A stretch of 64,000 bases of DNA from Candidatus Marinacidobacterales bacterium (GTDB taxonomy: Bacteria; Acidobacteriota; Vicinamibacteria; Marinacidobacterales; SMYC01). Shown one piece after another: positions 7,881-19,187 of the stretch (position 1 is the first letter of the stretch; each line of letters opens with the position of its first letter). The stretch is from contig CBDCYI010000004.1 of the NCBI GenBank assembly GCA_965224085.1, positions 256,001 through 320,000 of the forward strand. Direction: 5' to 3'. The notes beneath the pieces are model-generated. The model was not told the DNA's origin and did no database searches. It was given only the letters and a program-made list of their open reading frames with translations. A program made the translations under genes and the position numbers.

Positions 7881-8726
7881 TCCCCTCAATCGTACCTTCT
7901 AGCGCCCGAAAGGCGCTACTCATCGGGCGCGCCGCTCGAGTTTCTCGCGGTCGGGCATGTCACCATCGACACGATCGAGGGTCACCGCAGGGTGGGTGGC
8001 GCGGCGGTCTACGCAGCGCTCACCGCCAGACGCCTCGGGCTAACGAGCGGGATCATCACCTCGGCCGGAACCGATTTCCCATTCTGGGACACGTTGTCAG
8101 GGATCGAAACGCATTCCATCACGGCAAAGGCCACCACGACATTCGACAACGACTACGCCGGGGGAACGCGTCGCCAGCGCGTGCGCGCCCTCGCGGCACC
8201 TATACGCGCCCACCATCTGCGCGGAATACATCTTGCGGCGGACGCCGCGGTTTTGTATTGCCCGGTGGTTCACGAGATCGAAGCGCCGCTGCTACGCCTC
8301 ACTCCCCACGGAATCTGCGGCGTGGCGCCGCAAGGGTTCTTTCGTCAATGGGACGACACCGGCACCGTATCGATCCGCGAGTGGGATGACGCCTCGACGG
8401 CTCTCTCGCAAGCGGATTTCGTTTGCATGAGCGAGGAGGATGCTTTCGTTCCCGAAGAGCTCGGCGCACGATTCGCCGGACGCGCTTTTGTCATCACGCG
8501 CGCTGAGAGAGGCTGTCGTGTCTACGCGGGTGCGGATATCTGCGACTTCCCTGCAGTTCCAGCCGAGCCCATCGTTCCCGTGGACCCCACGGGCGCCGGC
8601 GATGTGTTCGCCGCTGCTTTTCTCGTGGCGCTTAGAAACGCCAGCCCACTGCCGCACGCGACGGCGTTCGCAGCCGAGGCCGCCGCCAAAGCCGTCGCCT
8701 CCGAAGGCGTTTCGTGGCTCCTATGA
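7791..8726 (+). CDS. PfkB-family carbohydrate kinase (start uncertain; domain begins near 7935)
   Basis: VGHVTID, GGAAVYAA and DPTGAGDVF motifs. Confidence 0.85.
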   Translation: MQIDERHKRREKERHPKPAFRLGDEGRPDHSPQSYLLAPERRYSSGAPLEFLAVGHVTIDTIEGHRRVGGAAVYAALTARRLGLTSGIITSAGTDFPFWDTLSGIETHSITAKATTTFDNDYAGGTRRQRVRALAAPIRAHHLRGIHLAADAAVLYCPVVHEIEAPLLRLTPHGICGVAPQGFFRQWDDTGTVSIREWDDASTALSQADFVCMSEEDAFVPEELGARFAGRAFVITRAERGCRVYAGADICDFPAVPAEPIVPVDPTGAGDVFAAAFLVALRNASPLPHATAFAAEAAAKAVASEGVSWLL

Positions 8727-8995
8727 AGGACCCTGCTTTCGAAGATTATTGCGAGCAGATCGAGCGCGAGTTCTTTCGCTTCAAAGGCCACCCGGGGACG
8801 CTGTCGCCCGCCGATTTCACCCGCGCTCTCGAGTGGTTTCGTGCGGGCATCCCACTCGACGTCGTTCTCGAGGCCATCCCCGACACATTCCAGGCACAGA
8901 GCGCCGGCCGCGATGGCGGCGTCGAAGAGGTCAACAGCCTCGGCTACTGCGAGTCTTTCGTCGAACGCGCACTCGCGCGGCGCAACCGCTTCTAA
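8723..8995 (+). CDS. Hypothetical protein
   Basis: ATG overlaps the pfkB stop codon; 90 aa. Confidence 0.65.
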   Translation: MKDPAFEDYCEQIEREFFRFKGHPGTLSPADFTRALEWFRAGIPLDVVLEAIPDTFQAQSAGRDGGVEEVNSLGYCESFVERALARRNRF

Positions 8996-9018
8996 TACGC
9001 TACACTTCCTGACTGTTC

Positions 9019-10758
9019 ATGACCCTGGCCCACATCCTGACCGACGAGCAAGCCCGGATACTCGTCGAGGAACGACGAGCGCTTGCCGAGCTTCGACTCG
9101 CGCTCGAGCGTGTGAGCATGGACGAGGAGGACACCTCATCCTTCGATGCTTCGCTTCGCCAGCTCGACGAGCTCTTTCTTCTCGTCGTCGCGGGCGAGTT
9201 CAACGCGGGCAAGAGTGCTCTCATCAACGCGCTCATAGGCGAGCCGCTTCTCGAAGAGGGTGTCACGCCCACGACCCAACGGGTCACGCTCGTGAAACAC
9301 GGCGAGGGGAAGAGCCGGGAGACGCAAAGCGACGCCTTCGAGGTCGTCGAAGCACCCATCGAGATACTCGAGACCCTGAACATCGTCGACACGCCGGGAA
9401 CGAATGCGATCCATCGTGAGCACGAAGCAATCACCCGCGAGTTTCTACCGCGAGCCGACATGGTGCTCTTCGTGACCTCCGCAGACCGTCCTTTCACCGA
9501 GAGCGAACGTGCATTCCTCGAAGGGGTCCGCCATTGGGGTAAAAAGGTAGCCATCGTGATTAACAAAATCGACCTTCTCATGATCTCGGAAGACACCCAA
9601 AAGGTGATCGCTTTCGTGCGCGACAACGCGTCGAAACTTCTCGGGATGGAAGTGACGGTCTTCCCCGTCTCTGCCCGCCAAGCCGCGCAAGGAAAGTCCG
9701 AAGGCGACGACGCGCTCGTACGGGAGAGCCGATTCGAAGCGTTCGAGACGTTCGTCGTCCGGACTCTCGACGACGGCGAGCGCGTGCGCTTGAAGCTTCT
9801 CAACCCGCTCGGAGTTGGCAGCGCGCTGACGGAAAAATATACAGCGGTGGTGGCCGCGGAGCTCGACCTACTCAAAGACGACCTTCGGATGCTCGACGAC
9901 ATCGAATCCCATCTCGAGATCTACGAGAGCGATCAGCACCGCGACTTTGCCTACAGGCTCTCGGATATCGACAATGCGCTTCTCGACTTCGAGAGCCGCG
10001 GGGCCAACTTTTTCGAAGAGACGCTGAGGCTCGGCCGCATTTTCGATCTCGTCAACAAAGCCAAAATCAAGAGCGATTTCGAGAAGAAAGTCGTCGGGGA
10101 CCTTCCGCGGGTGGTCGCAAAACGCGTCGAGGCCGTGATCGACTGGATGGTGGAGAGCGAGCTCGAGCAGTGGAAGGCGGTGACGGCACATCTCGACGAA
10201 CGGCGAACGGCCCACGAGGCGCGCATCGTAGGAAAACTGCAAGCTACTTTCGTGCAGGATCGCAAGCGGCTGCTCGAGACCGTGGGCGCCGACGCGCGGC
10301 GCGCCATCGACGACTACGACCGCGAATCCGAATCGAGCCGACTCGCCGAATCCGTCCAGACGGCGGTCGCCAGCACCGCGCTTCTAGAAGTCGGTGCTGT
10401 CGGACTCGGCGCGCTCGTCGCCGCCATCGCCACGACGACCGCCGCCGACGTCACGGGCATACTCGCCGCGAGCGCCCTTTCGATCATGGGACTCCTCGTC
10501 CTGCCTGCGAAGCGTCGCAAGGCCAAAACCGAGCTCAACCTCAAAGTCGGTGAAGTGCGAGAAAAGCTCATGACGTCGCTCCGCAAACAGTTCGAAACGG
10601 AGACGAAGGCGAGCATCCTGCGCATCCAGGAGGCCGTGGCACCGTATACGCGCTTCGTCCGCGGAGAGCGTGACCGCCTAGAGACCGCCCGCTCTGCGCT
10701 CGAGGCCTCCCGTGCGGAGCTGACGCGCATCGAAGCTGCTATACATCGGGCGTCTTGA
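9019..10758 (+). CDS. Dynamin-like GTPase (BDLP/mitofusin-like)
   Basis: GEFNAGKS, DTPG and NKID motifs, helical stalk, hydrophobic paddle near the C-terminus. Confidence 0.9.
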   Translation: MTLAHILTDEQARILVEERRALAELRLALERVSMDEEDTSSFDASLRQLDELFLLVVAGEFNAGKSALINALIGEPLLEEGVTPTTQRVTLVKHGEGKSRETQSDAFEVVEAPIEILETLNIVDTPGTNAIHREHEAITREFLPRADMVLFVTSADRPFTESERAFLEGVRHWGKKVAIVINKIDLLMISEDTQKVIAFVRDNASKLLGMEVTVFPVSARQAAQGKSEGDDALVRESRFEAFETFVVRTLDDGERVRLKLLNPLGVGSALTEKYTAVVAAELDLLKDDLRMLDDIESHLEIYESDQHRDFAYRLSDIDNALLDFESRGANFFEETLRLGRIFDLVNKAKIKSDFEKKVVGDLPRVVAKRVEAVIDWMVESELEQWKAVTAHLDERRTAHEARIVGKLQATFVQDRKRLLETVGADARRAIDDYDRESESSRLAESVQTAVASTALLEVGAVGLGALVAAIATTTAADVTGILAASALSIMGLLVLPAKRRKAKTELNLKVGEVREKLMTSLRKQFETETKASILRIQEAVAPYTRFVRGERDRLETARSALEASRAELTRIEAAIHRAS

Positions 10759-10765
10759 CGACGAT

Positions 10766-11695
10766 TTAATCCGAATATTCGAGAAATGGACGGAAGCGGC
10801 GGTGGAACCAGCCGAACCAATGCTCGGGATCGGCCCGCACCCAGGCGCCGACAATCTCGTTGTGCCTTTCTTGTATCCTCGTCACGCGCGCGTCCCTGTC
10901 AAGCTTGTCGAGCCCGTCGAGCTCGAAATCCTCGAGAACGAGGACGACATCGTAGACATCGTCATCACCGAGCCGAGCATAGGCGCTCACGACATGGGGG
11001 TCCATGTGCTCCTGCAGCGCCGCAATCGCGCGGACCGTCGGAGCCGGTTTGCCTAGAAACGAAATGGTCGTCCCTTCGGCGCCCGGGTCTTGATCGATGA
11101 GCGCGGCGAGCACGCCGTTTTGCTTCAAAGTCGTGAACGCACGACGCGCGGCGTTCTTGTGCCCGATGATATGGACGCCCGTCGCGAGCCGCCGTTCGTC
11201 GAGCCAATTCTCGACATAAGGGTTATGCATCGGTTTCACGATGACGTGAACGTCATCAAACACTGTGCCGAAGGCGAGGGCAAGTAGCTCGAAATTACCG
11301 AAATGGGCGAGGATGGCGATGACACCGCGTTGCTCCCGCTTTTGGAAGAGCTCACGGCCGTGGATGCGGTACGGTGGCTCCTGCCGGCGCGCCCGCAACA
11401 AGTCCATGACATACGTCCCCATGTTGCCGTAGAGCGCGGGTAGGATATGCGCGATTTCCGCATCGGAGCCCATGCCGACGAAACGCAAGTTGGCAACAAC
11501 GACGGCGCGCCGGACACCGAGCTTTAGCGCCAGCCAACCGAACACCCGGCCGAGCGTGAGAGCCGCGGACCTCGGCAACAAGCCAACGAGCGCCTCGAAT
11601 CCGCGTAGTGCGGCATATTCGACTCGCCAACCGAGGCGCCGGCCCAGGCGTGGCTTCGTGGATGTGCCTTCGGGCGTGGCGTCGGAATCGGGCAT
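10766..11695 (-). CDS. Lipid A/lysophospholipid acyltransferase family (LpxL/HtrB-like)
   Basis: AHFGNFE, LIDQD and PEHWFGWFHRRF motifs. Confidence 0.88.
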   Translation of the reverse strand: MPDSDATPEGTSTKPRLGRRLGWRVEYAALRGFEALVGLLPRSAALTLGRVFGWLALKLGVRRAVVVANLRFVGMGSDAEIAHILPALYGNMGTYVMDLLRARRQEPPYRIHGRELFQKREQRGVIAILAHFGNFELLALAFGTVFDDVHVIVKPMHNPYVENWLDERRLATGVHIIGHKNAARRAFTTLKQNGVLAALIDQDPGAEGTTISFLGKPAPTVRAIAALQEHMDPHVVSAYARLGDDDVYDVVLVLEDFELDGLDKLDRDARVTRIQERHNEIVGAWVRADPEHWFGWFHRRFRPFLEYSD

Positions 11696-11750
11696 CGGTA
11701 CTTGGGCGCGCGGGCAGCGTAGCACAAAGCGCCCGGGCGCCTCGCCGTCG

Positions 11751-13244
11751 CTAATCGACGCCGCGCATCGCCGCGTCCAGGATCTGCTGAATGAAGCCGG
11801 GGTCAACGCCGAGGCCGTTACAAAGCCAAACGAGACACTCGATCTCATCCTCATCGACCGATCCGTCCGCATAGGAGATCACGACCATATTCTGGATCAG
11901 CTGAAGCTCTTGCGCACCGGTCAAGAGCGTCGACAAGTCCTTTGCGAGTGCATCAACCTCGTCACGTACCTCGGGGACGGGTCGCGAAAAAATCTCGCGC
12001 ATCTCCTCCGGGGACACACGCGGGCCGAGGATGGAGGCGAGTGCGTTCACCTCGGAGTGTTCGACGACGCCGTTCGCGGCCGCGACCAGAAATCCTGCGC
12101 TCAACAGGTAGTGCTGTGCTTTGTCTCCGGTGTCGGTCGAGTCCTGGAGGTAGGTCGGCTCCATGATGCCCATCAGCTCGGACACTTCTTCCGCGACTTT
12201 TTCTGCGGAGAGCCCGTCGCCCGGCTGGCCGATGAGCTCGAAATAGGGCTTCCCGCGGGTGAAGATTTAGAGCGCTTTCAGCCTCATCGGGTTGAAGGGG
12301 TGCGTGCTGAACCAATCCTGCGCATCGGTCTCTTGCTGCGCCACTTCGTGTCGAAGATCTTCGAGCTGCGCGAGATAGTCTTTGACGCTGAACTTGAACG
12401 CCGAGGACGTGATCCCCGAAGAGAGCTTGAAGAACGTATTCGCCGCGACGTCGAACTTGCGACAGCAGATCATCCCGACACGGTCGGCCGTGATCTCCGC
12501 GTTCCGGATCCACGCATAGAGCTTCATCGCATGGAGCGGCGAGAGGCTCCCGCCGTTATTCTCCAGAATGTAGTCCACCGGAAACCGCGTATGCTCGTAC
12601 AAATAGTGACCGAGCTCGTGGCCGATGACGAAAGCGAGCTCGTCCTGGGAGAATTTTTCCAGGAGGGAGCTCGTGACGACGAGCAGGACTTTTTCTTTGA
12701 CCGGCGGGTAGCATGCGGCGTTGAAACGGCTGTCTTGGTTGACGTAAATTTCGATGTCCACCTTCAGCTGGAGCGTCTTCGCGCAGCCGTCGGTCACTTG
12801 GTAGAGGCCCGGCATCATCCCGCGCGAGATCTTGAGCGCGCGCGTCAAGAGCTCCTTGCGCGCATTGTGAGGCTTGAGCTCGGCAAGTAGACGATTCACC
12901 GTGGACGAGAAGCTCGCATCCGCGAGAAGCTCCGCCAACGCTTTCCGGTCGCCGCGATAGACGAGCCGGTCCATGTCGATCCCGGCGAGCGAGTGGTCGT
13001 AAAGCGAATGATCCCGCTCGCTCCCGTTCTCGGACATTTTCTCCAGTCGGTCGCGGTAGCTGGTTTGGATCGATTCCACGAGTTGCCCGAGGCGCTGCCT
13101 CAGGCGGCTCGCCTCATCCGGATTGCGCGCGGACTTCGCACGCTCGTCGAACTGTTCGCTCACGCGGGCGACTTTGCTCTGAAGCTCTTCCCCGAGAGCC
13201 ACGAGATTCGTCGCTCGCCACTCGATTGCTGAGGCGGCAGTCAT
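11751..13244 (-). pseudogene. M48 metallopeptidase-TerB fusion split by one in-frame TAA (12267-12269)
   Basis: HELGH, EITADR and STHP motifs in 12267-13244. The frame continues past the TAA (IFTRGKPYF...) into the TerB-like ORF 11751-12185. Confidence 0.8.
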
Positions 13245-13312
13245 GCTGCACCTTTCGGTTTTTGGGATCTCTTCTATTGTAGGAAAGATGTTCGTCGGCG
13301 GCCAGTCTCGTT

Positions 13313-14731
13313 CTACAAGACATTCACGAGAGGCGGGCGACGGGCGCCGACGTCGGTGACGCGCTCAAACGCATGGCCAAGCTCGAAGACCGCGCGTTCC
13401 TGACGGTAGCGGCCCACGATTTGAAGGCCCACGGGGAGGCCTTCCGGCGTGAACCCTGCCGGGATGGACATCGCCGGAAGCGCCGTCAGCGTGATGTAGA
13501 AGCAGCTCCGCATCCAGTCGACGTAGGAATCCATCGCAATCCCGTCGATCGCCTGCACCCACTCCGTGTCGATGTCGAATGGAGAAACTTGGGTGACCGG
13601 GAGCAGGAGAAACTCGTAGCTCTCCATGAAGCGCCGCACGCGGTGATAGAGCTCGTCTCGACGCACTTGCGCGCGCGCGACCTCGTCGCCCGAGAGCGCG
13701 AGACCTTTCTCGATGTTCCACACGACCGTCTCCTTCATGAGGCTACGGTGGTTCTCGAGATCCTGGGCGTAGGCCATCGCGAAGCCATGCGCTCTCAAGA
13801 CCTGAAAAATCTCGTTGGCGCCTGCGAAGTCCGGCTGCGCCCGATCGACCGTACATCCCATCGCCGCAAATTGGTCGACGGCCCGCTCGAAGACGTCACG
13901 AACATCTTTTTCCACCGGGAAGCTAGAAAGGTCGGGACTCACCGCGAGCCGCACGCCGCGAACGTCGCGCTCGAGCGGGTCGCAGAAAATCTCTCCCGGC
14001 TCCTGGAGCGTCATTGGATCACGTGCGTCGGGGCCCGCCATTACCGAGAGAAGAAGCGCGGCGTCTTCGACGTTGCGCGCAATCGGGCCGAGGACCGCGA
14101 GCGAGCTCCACGGGTCCAGGTTTGGCCATCGGGGCACGCGTCCTGGCGAAGGCCGGAGCCCGACGACGTTACAAAAACTCGGGGGGTTGCGCACCGAACC
14201 GCCGAGATCGCTGCCGTCAGCGAAAGGCAACATCCCGCAGGCTACCGCCACGGCGGCGCCACCACTGCTCCCGCCGCAAGTCTTCGTCAAGTCGTAAGGG
14301 TTTTTCGTCCGCCCGAAGATCGGGTTGAAGGTTTGCGAGCCCGCCCCGAGCTCAGACGTATTGGTCTTGCCGATGACGACGGCGCCCGCAGCCTCGAGGC
14401 GATCCACGAAGAGCGCGCTCGTCTCGGGCACATGATCTTTGTAGATCGGAGAGCCGAAGGTCGTGCGGATCCCTTTGGTGAGCTCGAGGTCTTTGATCGC
14501 GATTGGCAACCCGTGTAGCGGGCCCAACGCCTCGCCACGCTCGGCCGCCGCGTCCAATTTCTTCGCCCGGGCGCGTGCGGAGTCCTCGACGAGCGTGCAG
14601 ATCGCATTTACCTCGGGATTGACGTGCGCAATCTGTGCGAGATGCGCTTCGAGGAGCTCGGTAGCCGAGAGCTCACGGGCGCGGAGACGACGTGCGAGCT
14701 CTGTGGCTCGCTCGAAGTTGAGCTCGGTCAC
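13313..14731 (-). CDS. Amidase signature-family amidase
   Basis: GPLHGLPIAIKD, GKTN, GGSSGG and GSDLGGSVRNP motifs. Confidence 0.95.
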   Translation of the reverse strand: MTELNFERATELARRLRARELSATELLEAHLAQIAHVNPEVNAICTLVEDSARARAKKLDAAAERGEALGPLHGLPIAIKDLELTKGIRTTFGSPIYKDHVPETSALFVDRLEAAGAVVIGKTNTSELGAGSQTFNPIFGRTKNPYDLTKTCGGSSGGAAVAVACGMLPFADGSDLGGSVRNPPSFCNVVGLRPSPGRVPRWPNLDPWSSLAVLGPIARNVEDAALLLSVMAGPDARDPMTLQEPGEIFCDPLERDVRGVRLAVSPDLSSFPVEKDVRDVFERAVDQFAAMGCTVDRAQPDFAGANEIFQVLRAHGFAMAYAQDLENHRSLMKETVVWNIEKGLALSGDEVARAQVRRDELYHRVRRFMESYEFLLLPVTQVSPFDIDTEWVQAIDGIAMDSYVDWMRSCFYITLTALPAMSIPAGFTPEGLPVGLQIVGRYRQERAVFELGHAFERVTDVGARRPPLVNVL

Positions 14732-14764
14732 ACGACAACCGTAGTTCAATTGGGTATTCCGTTA

Positions 14765-14839
14765 CCAGTCGTCCTTCGGCCAGTCGTCCTTCGGCCAGTC
14801 GTCCTTCGGCCAGTCGTCCTTCGGCCAGTCGTCCTTCGG
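14765..14839. repeat. Perfect tandem repeat, 5 x 15 bp CCAGTCGTCCTTCGG
   Basis: Copies start at 14765, 14780, 14795, 14810 and 14825. Confidence 0.97.
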
Positions 14840-14864
14840 GAAGCTTCGTGCTAACGTTTGGGGC

Positions 14865-15248
14865 ATGAAGCTGTTTTTCACGTTGGTGTTGGTCCTGTTG
14901 CAGACGGGGCAAGCCGACGAGCTCTCGAAGCTTCGCGAGCGAGCGGAGGCCATCATCGAGGACAGTTCTTCGCTCGAGATCGACATGGTCGAGGCGCGCC
15001 GGAAAGTCCAGCTCCTATTGAAAGATTTGAAGAAGTGGAGCGAGACCTACGATTACGAGCTCCAAGCGCGCACCCGCACCTATAGCAACCCGGCGAAGCA
15101 GATCGACGAGCTCCTTACGGCAGAGCGTTGCCCACTCTTCTTCGAGAAGGACCTCGAGGAGCTCTGCCCGCTCGATATGGCGCGCTCCGAAGTCTGGGGA
15201 GGCAAGGTCGTTTTCTGCCGCTATCTCTGCCCGAATAGCGGAGGTTGA
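14865..15248 (+). CDS. Hypothetical exported protein with four Cys
   Basis: Signal-peptide-like N-terminus; stop overlaps the trmL start. Confidence 0.7.
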   Translation: MKLFFTLVLVLLQTGQADELSKLRERAEAIIEDSSSLEIDMVEARRKVQLLLKDLKKWSETYDYELQARTRTYSNPAKQIDELLTAERCPLFFEKDLEELCPLDMARSEVWGGKVVFCRYLCPNSGG

Positions 15249-15715
15249 TGGCCGAAGCGAGCCTTCACGTCGTGCTCGTCGAGCCGGAGATCCATTGGAA
15301 CACCGGCAATACCGGGCGCACGTGCCTCGGCGCGGGCGCGAGCCTGCACCTCGTCGAGCCGCTCGGTTTTTCCCTCGATGCCAAGCAAGTACGGCGTGCC
15401 GGGCTCGATTATTGGTCCCGTGTTCCTGTCGAGACGTGGCCCGATTGGGAAACGCTCGAAGCCACCTTGCCGGCGATGGGTGAGCCGTTTTTCATTTCTC
15501 CCGAATCGGAGCGCACGATTTGGGACGTGAGCTACCCGGCGCGCACGGTGCTCGTCTTCGGACGCGAGACCGCGGGCCTCCCGGAAGGGCTTCGCGAACG
15601 CTACCCGGAGCAGCTCGTCTCGATCCCGATGCACGACGAGGGGCTTCGCTCGTTGAACTTGTCGACCGCCGTGGGGATCACGCTCTACGAAGTTCTGCGC
15701 CAGAGACGATTTTGA
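15248..15715 (+). CDS. trmL: tRNA (cytidine/uridine-34 2'-O)-methyltransferase
   Basis: [26 protein letters not shown] and RSLNLS motifs. Confidence 0.93.
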   Translation: MAEASLHVVLVEPEIHWNTGNTGRTCLGAGASLHLVEPLGFSLDAKQVRRAGLDYWSRVPVETWPDWETLEATLPAMGEPFFISPESERTIWDVSYPARTVLVFGRETAGLPEGLRERYPEQLVSIPMHDEGLRSLNLSTAVGITLYEVLRQRRF

Positions 15716-15737
15716 GACGCTTTTGTTAAGATGCGCC

Positions 15738-17327
15738 ATGCATGAGGAGCGCGATGCCTACTTCCGTACGAGCTCCGGGAAGCCTCTAGACAACGAGTAT
15801 ACTGCGGACGACCTCGCCGATTGGAACGTGGACGAAAAGCTCGGCCACGCCGGCGAGGCCCCTTTCACCCGCGGCAACCACGCGTCCGGCTACAAAGGCC
15901 GGTTATGGACGATGCGGCAATATGCTGGCTATGCGACGGCCGCCGAGTCCAACCGCCGCTACCGGCACTTGCTCGAGCAAGGCCAGAGCGGGCTCTCCGT
16001 CGCTTTCGATCTTCCGACCCAAATCGGCTACGACTCGGACCATATGATGGCCCAAGGCGAAGTCGGCCGTGTCGGCGTCGCCATCGACTCGCTCGACGAT
16101 ATGGAAACGCTCTTTACGTCCATCCCGCTCGATCGTGTCTCGACCTCGATGACCATCAACGCGACCGCGAGCACATTGCTAGCACTCTATATCGCGGTTG
16201 GCCGTCGCCAAGGCGTTTCCGACGAGAAGCTCTCTGGCACCGTCCAAAACGACATACTCAAAGAGTACATCGCGCGCGGGACCTACATTTATCCCCCGGG
16301 CCCGTCCATGCGACTGGCCACGGACATCATCGCGTTTTGCGTCGACAAGCTTCCCGGCTTCAATCCCATCAGCATCAGCGGGTACCACATCCGCGAAGCG
16401 GGCTCGACCGCGGCGCAAGAGCTCGCGTTCACACTCGCCAACGGTCTCGCCTACGTCGAAGCGGCCACTGCGAGAGGTCTCGACGTGGACGACTTCGGCC
16501 GGTGCCTGTCGTTCTTCTTCAACGCCCATCGAAACTTCCTCGAGGAGATCGCGAAGTTCCGCGCCGCCCGCCGACTCTGGGGCGCGCTGCTGCGCTCCCG
16601 CTACGACTCCAAGAATCCGCGGGCGCAGATGCTGCGCTTCCACACACAGACTGCGGGCTCGACGCTCACCGCGCAGCAGCCCAACGTCAATGTCGTGCGC
16701 ACGACGCTTCAAGGACTGGCCGCCGTTCTCGGCGGCACACAGTCCCTTCACTGCAACGCGCTCGACGAAGCACTCGGCCTTCCCACAGAAGAAACCGCGG
16801 AGCTCGCGCTGCGAACGCAGCAAGTTTTGGCCTATGAGAGTGGCGTCCCGGGCACCATCGATCCTTTCGGTGGTTCCTATGCGATGGAGTCGATGACGGA
16901 CGCAATTCAAGAAGAAGCGGAGGCCATCATCGCGGAGCTGGATCGCCGAGGGGGTGCTCTCGCCGCGATCGAAGCGTCCTGGCCACAACAGCAGATCCAA
17001 GAAGCGGCCTACCGCTTTCAAAAAGAGACGGAGTCCAAAGACGTGCTCGTCGTCGGGGTCAACGTGTTCGAAAAAGACGAGAAAGTTCCCGTGGAAGTCT
17101 TCAGCGTCGACGTCGACGTCGAAAGGGACCAAGTCGAGCGCGTGAAAGCCGTCCGCGCGCGCCGCGACGCGGCGTGCGCGAAGAAAAACCTCGATGAGGT
17201 CGAGCGTGCCGCGAAGCAAGACGCCAACTTGATGCCCCCGATACTAGCTGCCGTCGAAGCTTATGCAACGCTCGGCGAGATTGCCGATCGGCTCCGGGGC
17301 GTTTTTGGAGAGCACCGAGCGAGCTGA
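15738..17327 (+). CDS. Methylmalonyl-CoA mutase, substrate-binding subunit (no B12 domain)
   Basis: [27 protein letters not shown] and SGYHIREAG motifs; no DxHxxG domain. Confidence 0.92.
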   Translation: MHEERDAYFRTSSGKPLDNEYTADDLADWNVDEKLGHAGEAPFTRGNHASGYKGRLWTMRQYAGYATAAESNRRYRHLLEQGQSGLSVAFDLPTQIGYDSDHMMAQGEVGRVGVAIDSLDDMETLFTSIPLDRVSTSMTINATASTLLALYIAVGRRQGVSDEKLSGTVQNDILKEYIARGTYIYPPGPSMRLATDIIAFCVDKLPGFNPISISGYHIREAGSTAAQELAFTLANGLAYVEAATARGLDVDDFGRCLSFFFNAHRNFLEEIAKFRAARRLWGALLRSRYDSKNPRAQMLRFHTQTAGSTLTAQQPNVNVVRTTLQGLAAVLGGTQSLHCNALDEALGLPTEETAELALRTQQVLAYESGVPGTIDPFGGSYAMESMTDAIQEEAEAIIAELDRRGGALAAIEASWPQQQIQEAAYRFQKETESKDVLVVGVNVFEKDEKVPVEVFSVDVDVERDQVERVKAVRARRDAACAKKNLDEVERAAKQDANLMPPILAAVEAYATLGEIADRLRGVFGEHRAS

Positions 17328-17331
17328 TCCG

Positions 17332-18360
17332 ATGCCCGCCCCGACGAACGCCAAGCTGCTCGAGATTCAGGGGCTCACGACGTCCCTCGAGACGGATACC
17401 GGGCTCATCCGCCCCGTGAACGACGTATCGCTCTCGCTCGAAGCCGGCGAGACGCTGGCGCTCGTGGGCGAGTCCGGCTCCGGGAAATCGATGCTCGCCT
17501 TCTCTGTCATGCGGCTCTTGCCGAGCGCCGGCCGCTTCGAGAGCGGCCGCATCCTGTGGAAAGGGCGCGATATCTTGACGATCGGCCGTGAAGAGCTCCG
17601 ACGGATTCGAGGCAAAGAGATCGCACTCGTGTTTCAAGAAGCGGGCTCGGCGCTCAACCCCGTGCGTACGATTGGAAGCCAGCTTGCGGAGCCGCTCAGG
17701 ACGCATCTCGGCATGACGCGAAACGACGCGCGCGATCGCGCTGTCGAGCTTCTCCGTGAAGTCAGAATCCCCGACGCCGGGCGCCGGGTCCGCGATTACG
17801 CGCATCAGATGAGCGGCGGGATGAAGCAGCGGGTTTTGATCGCGATGGCCATTGCCTGCGACCCCGAGCTCGTGATTGCCGACGAGCCCACGACCGCGCT
17901 CGACGCAACGCTCCAAGCGCACATCCTCGAGCTCCTGCGCGAGCTCAAGGAAGAGCGGAGCTTGTCGCTTCTTCTCATCACCCACGACCTCGGCCTCGTC
18001 AAAGAAAACGCCGATAGGGTCGCAGTGATGTATGCCGGCCGGCTCGTCGAGGAGGGTCGGGTCGAGAGAGTTCTTGCCCACGCGGGCCATCCCTACACGG
18101 ACGGGCTCTGGCAGTCTCTTCCCAAAGCGCGCGGCGGCGAGCCGGGAAAGGCCGCGCTCAAAGCGATGGAAGGCACGGTGCCGCATCTCGCCACGCTCCC
18201 GCCCGGCTGCGCCTTCGGCCCGCGTTGCCCGGTCTTGTTCGAGCCGTGCGACCAAGAAGTACCTACGCTTCAGCGGGTCGGTAGCAAGAAGCATCACCGC
18301 ACGGCGTGCTACAAGAACGACGCCGTGCGAGAGGCAATGACGACGAGTGTCACTCGATGA
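17332..18360 (+). CDS. Peptide ABC transporter ATPase (OppD/DppD-like)
   Basis: [24 protein letters not shown] and a C-terminal GC.F.PRC motif. Confidence 0.93.
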   Translation: MPAPTNAKLLEIQGLTTSLETDTGLIRPVNDVSLSLEAGETLALVGESGSGKSMLAFSVMRLLPSAGRFESGRILWKGRDILTIGREELRRIRGKEIALVFQEAGSALNPVRTIGSQLAEPLRTHLGMTRNDARDRAVELLREVRIPDAGRRVRDYAHQMSGGMKQRVLIAMAIACDPELVIADEPTTALDATLQAHILELLRELKEERSLSLLLITHDLGLVKENADRVAVMYAGRLVEEGRVERVLAHAGHPYTDGLWQSLPKARGGEPGKAALKAMEGTVPHLATLPPGCAFGPRCPVLFEPCDQEVPTLQRVGSKKHHRTACYKNDAVREAMTTSVTR

Positions 18361-19160
18361 CGGATGCCGCGCCGAAGCCACCTCCCGTTCTCGTCTCGGC
18401 GCGCGACATCGTAAAGCTTTTTCCCATCCAGCATGGCCTCCTGAGGCGGCATAGCGGCGACGTGCGGGCGGTCGACGGCGTGAGCCTCGAAATATACACA
18501 GGCGAGACCCTTGCGCTCGTCGGTGAGTCCGGCTCAGGGAAGAGCACGCTCGGAAGGATCCTGCTGCGGCTGATCAACCCGACGCGCGGCAGCCTCGAGT
18601 TCGACGGCGTCGATCTCCTGACACTCGAGCGGGAGCCGCTTCGAAAGATGCGGCGCCGGATGCAAATCATCTTTCAAGATCCCTATTCCTCGCTCAACCC
18701 GACGATGACGGTGCGAACGATCGTGCGCGAACCGCTGACGATCCACCGCCTCGGCACGAAAGCGGAGCGCAACGAGCGAACGATGGAGCTTCTGGCGCTC
18801 GTCGGGCTGAAGTCGGAGCTTGCGGGCCGCTGCCCACACGAGCTCAGCGGCGGCGAGCGCCAGCGCGTCGGCATCGCGCGGGCTCTCGCGCTCGAGCCCG
18901 ATTTTCTCGTGGCCGACGAGCCGGTGACCGCGCTCGACGTCTCGATACAAGCGCAGATCCTCAACCTGCTGCTCGGGCTTCAGGAAAAATTGCAGCTGAC
19001 TTATCTGTTTATCGCTCACGATCTGCGCGTCGTCGAGCACGTCGCCGATCGAGTCGCAGTGATGCATCGGGGAAAGCTCGTCGAGCTCCAGTCCCGCGTG
19101 GAGCTTTTCGAACATCCAGAGCACGAGCACACGAAAGAGTTACTGGCGTCTATCCCGTAG
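18357..19160 (+). CDS. Peptide ABC transporter ATPase (OppF/DppF-like)
   Basis: [20 protein letters not shown] and LSGGERQR motifs. Confidence 0.92.
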   Translation: MTDAAPKPPPVLVSARDIVKLFPIQHGLLRRHSGDVRAVDGVSLEIYTGETLALVGESGSGKSTLGRILLRLINPTRGSLEFDGVDLLTLEREPLRKMRRRMQIIFQDPYSSLNPTMTVRTIVREPLTIHRLGTKAERNERTMELLALVGLKSELAGRCPHELSGGERQRVGIARALALEPDFLVADEPVTALDVSIQAQILNLLLGLQEKLQLTYLFIAHDLRVVEHVADRVAVMHRGKLVELQSRVELFEHPEHEHTKELLASIP

Positions 19161-19187
19161 CAGGCCCTTAGCTATATACTCCCGCGC

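Noticed and set aside
11472-12890. 472-aa plus-strand ORF
   Set aside because: Antisense shadow of the M48-TerB and acyltransferase genes; no motifs.
14762-14986. CRISPR array or PKDDW/VVLRP repeat protein
   Set aside because: No spacers and no cas genes; the ORFs overlap better-supported genes and follow from a 15-bp unit.
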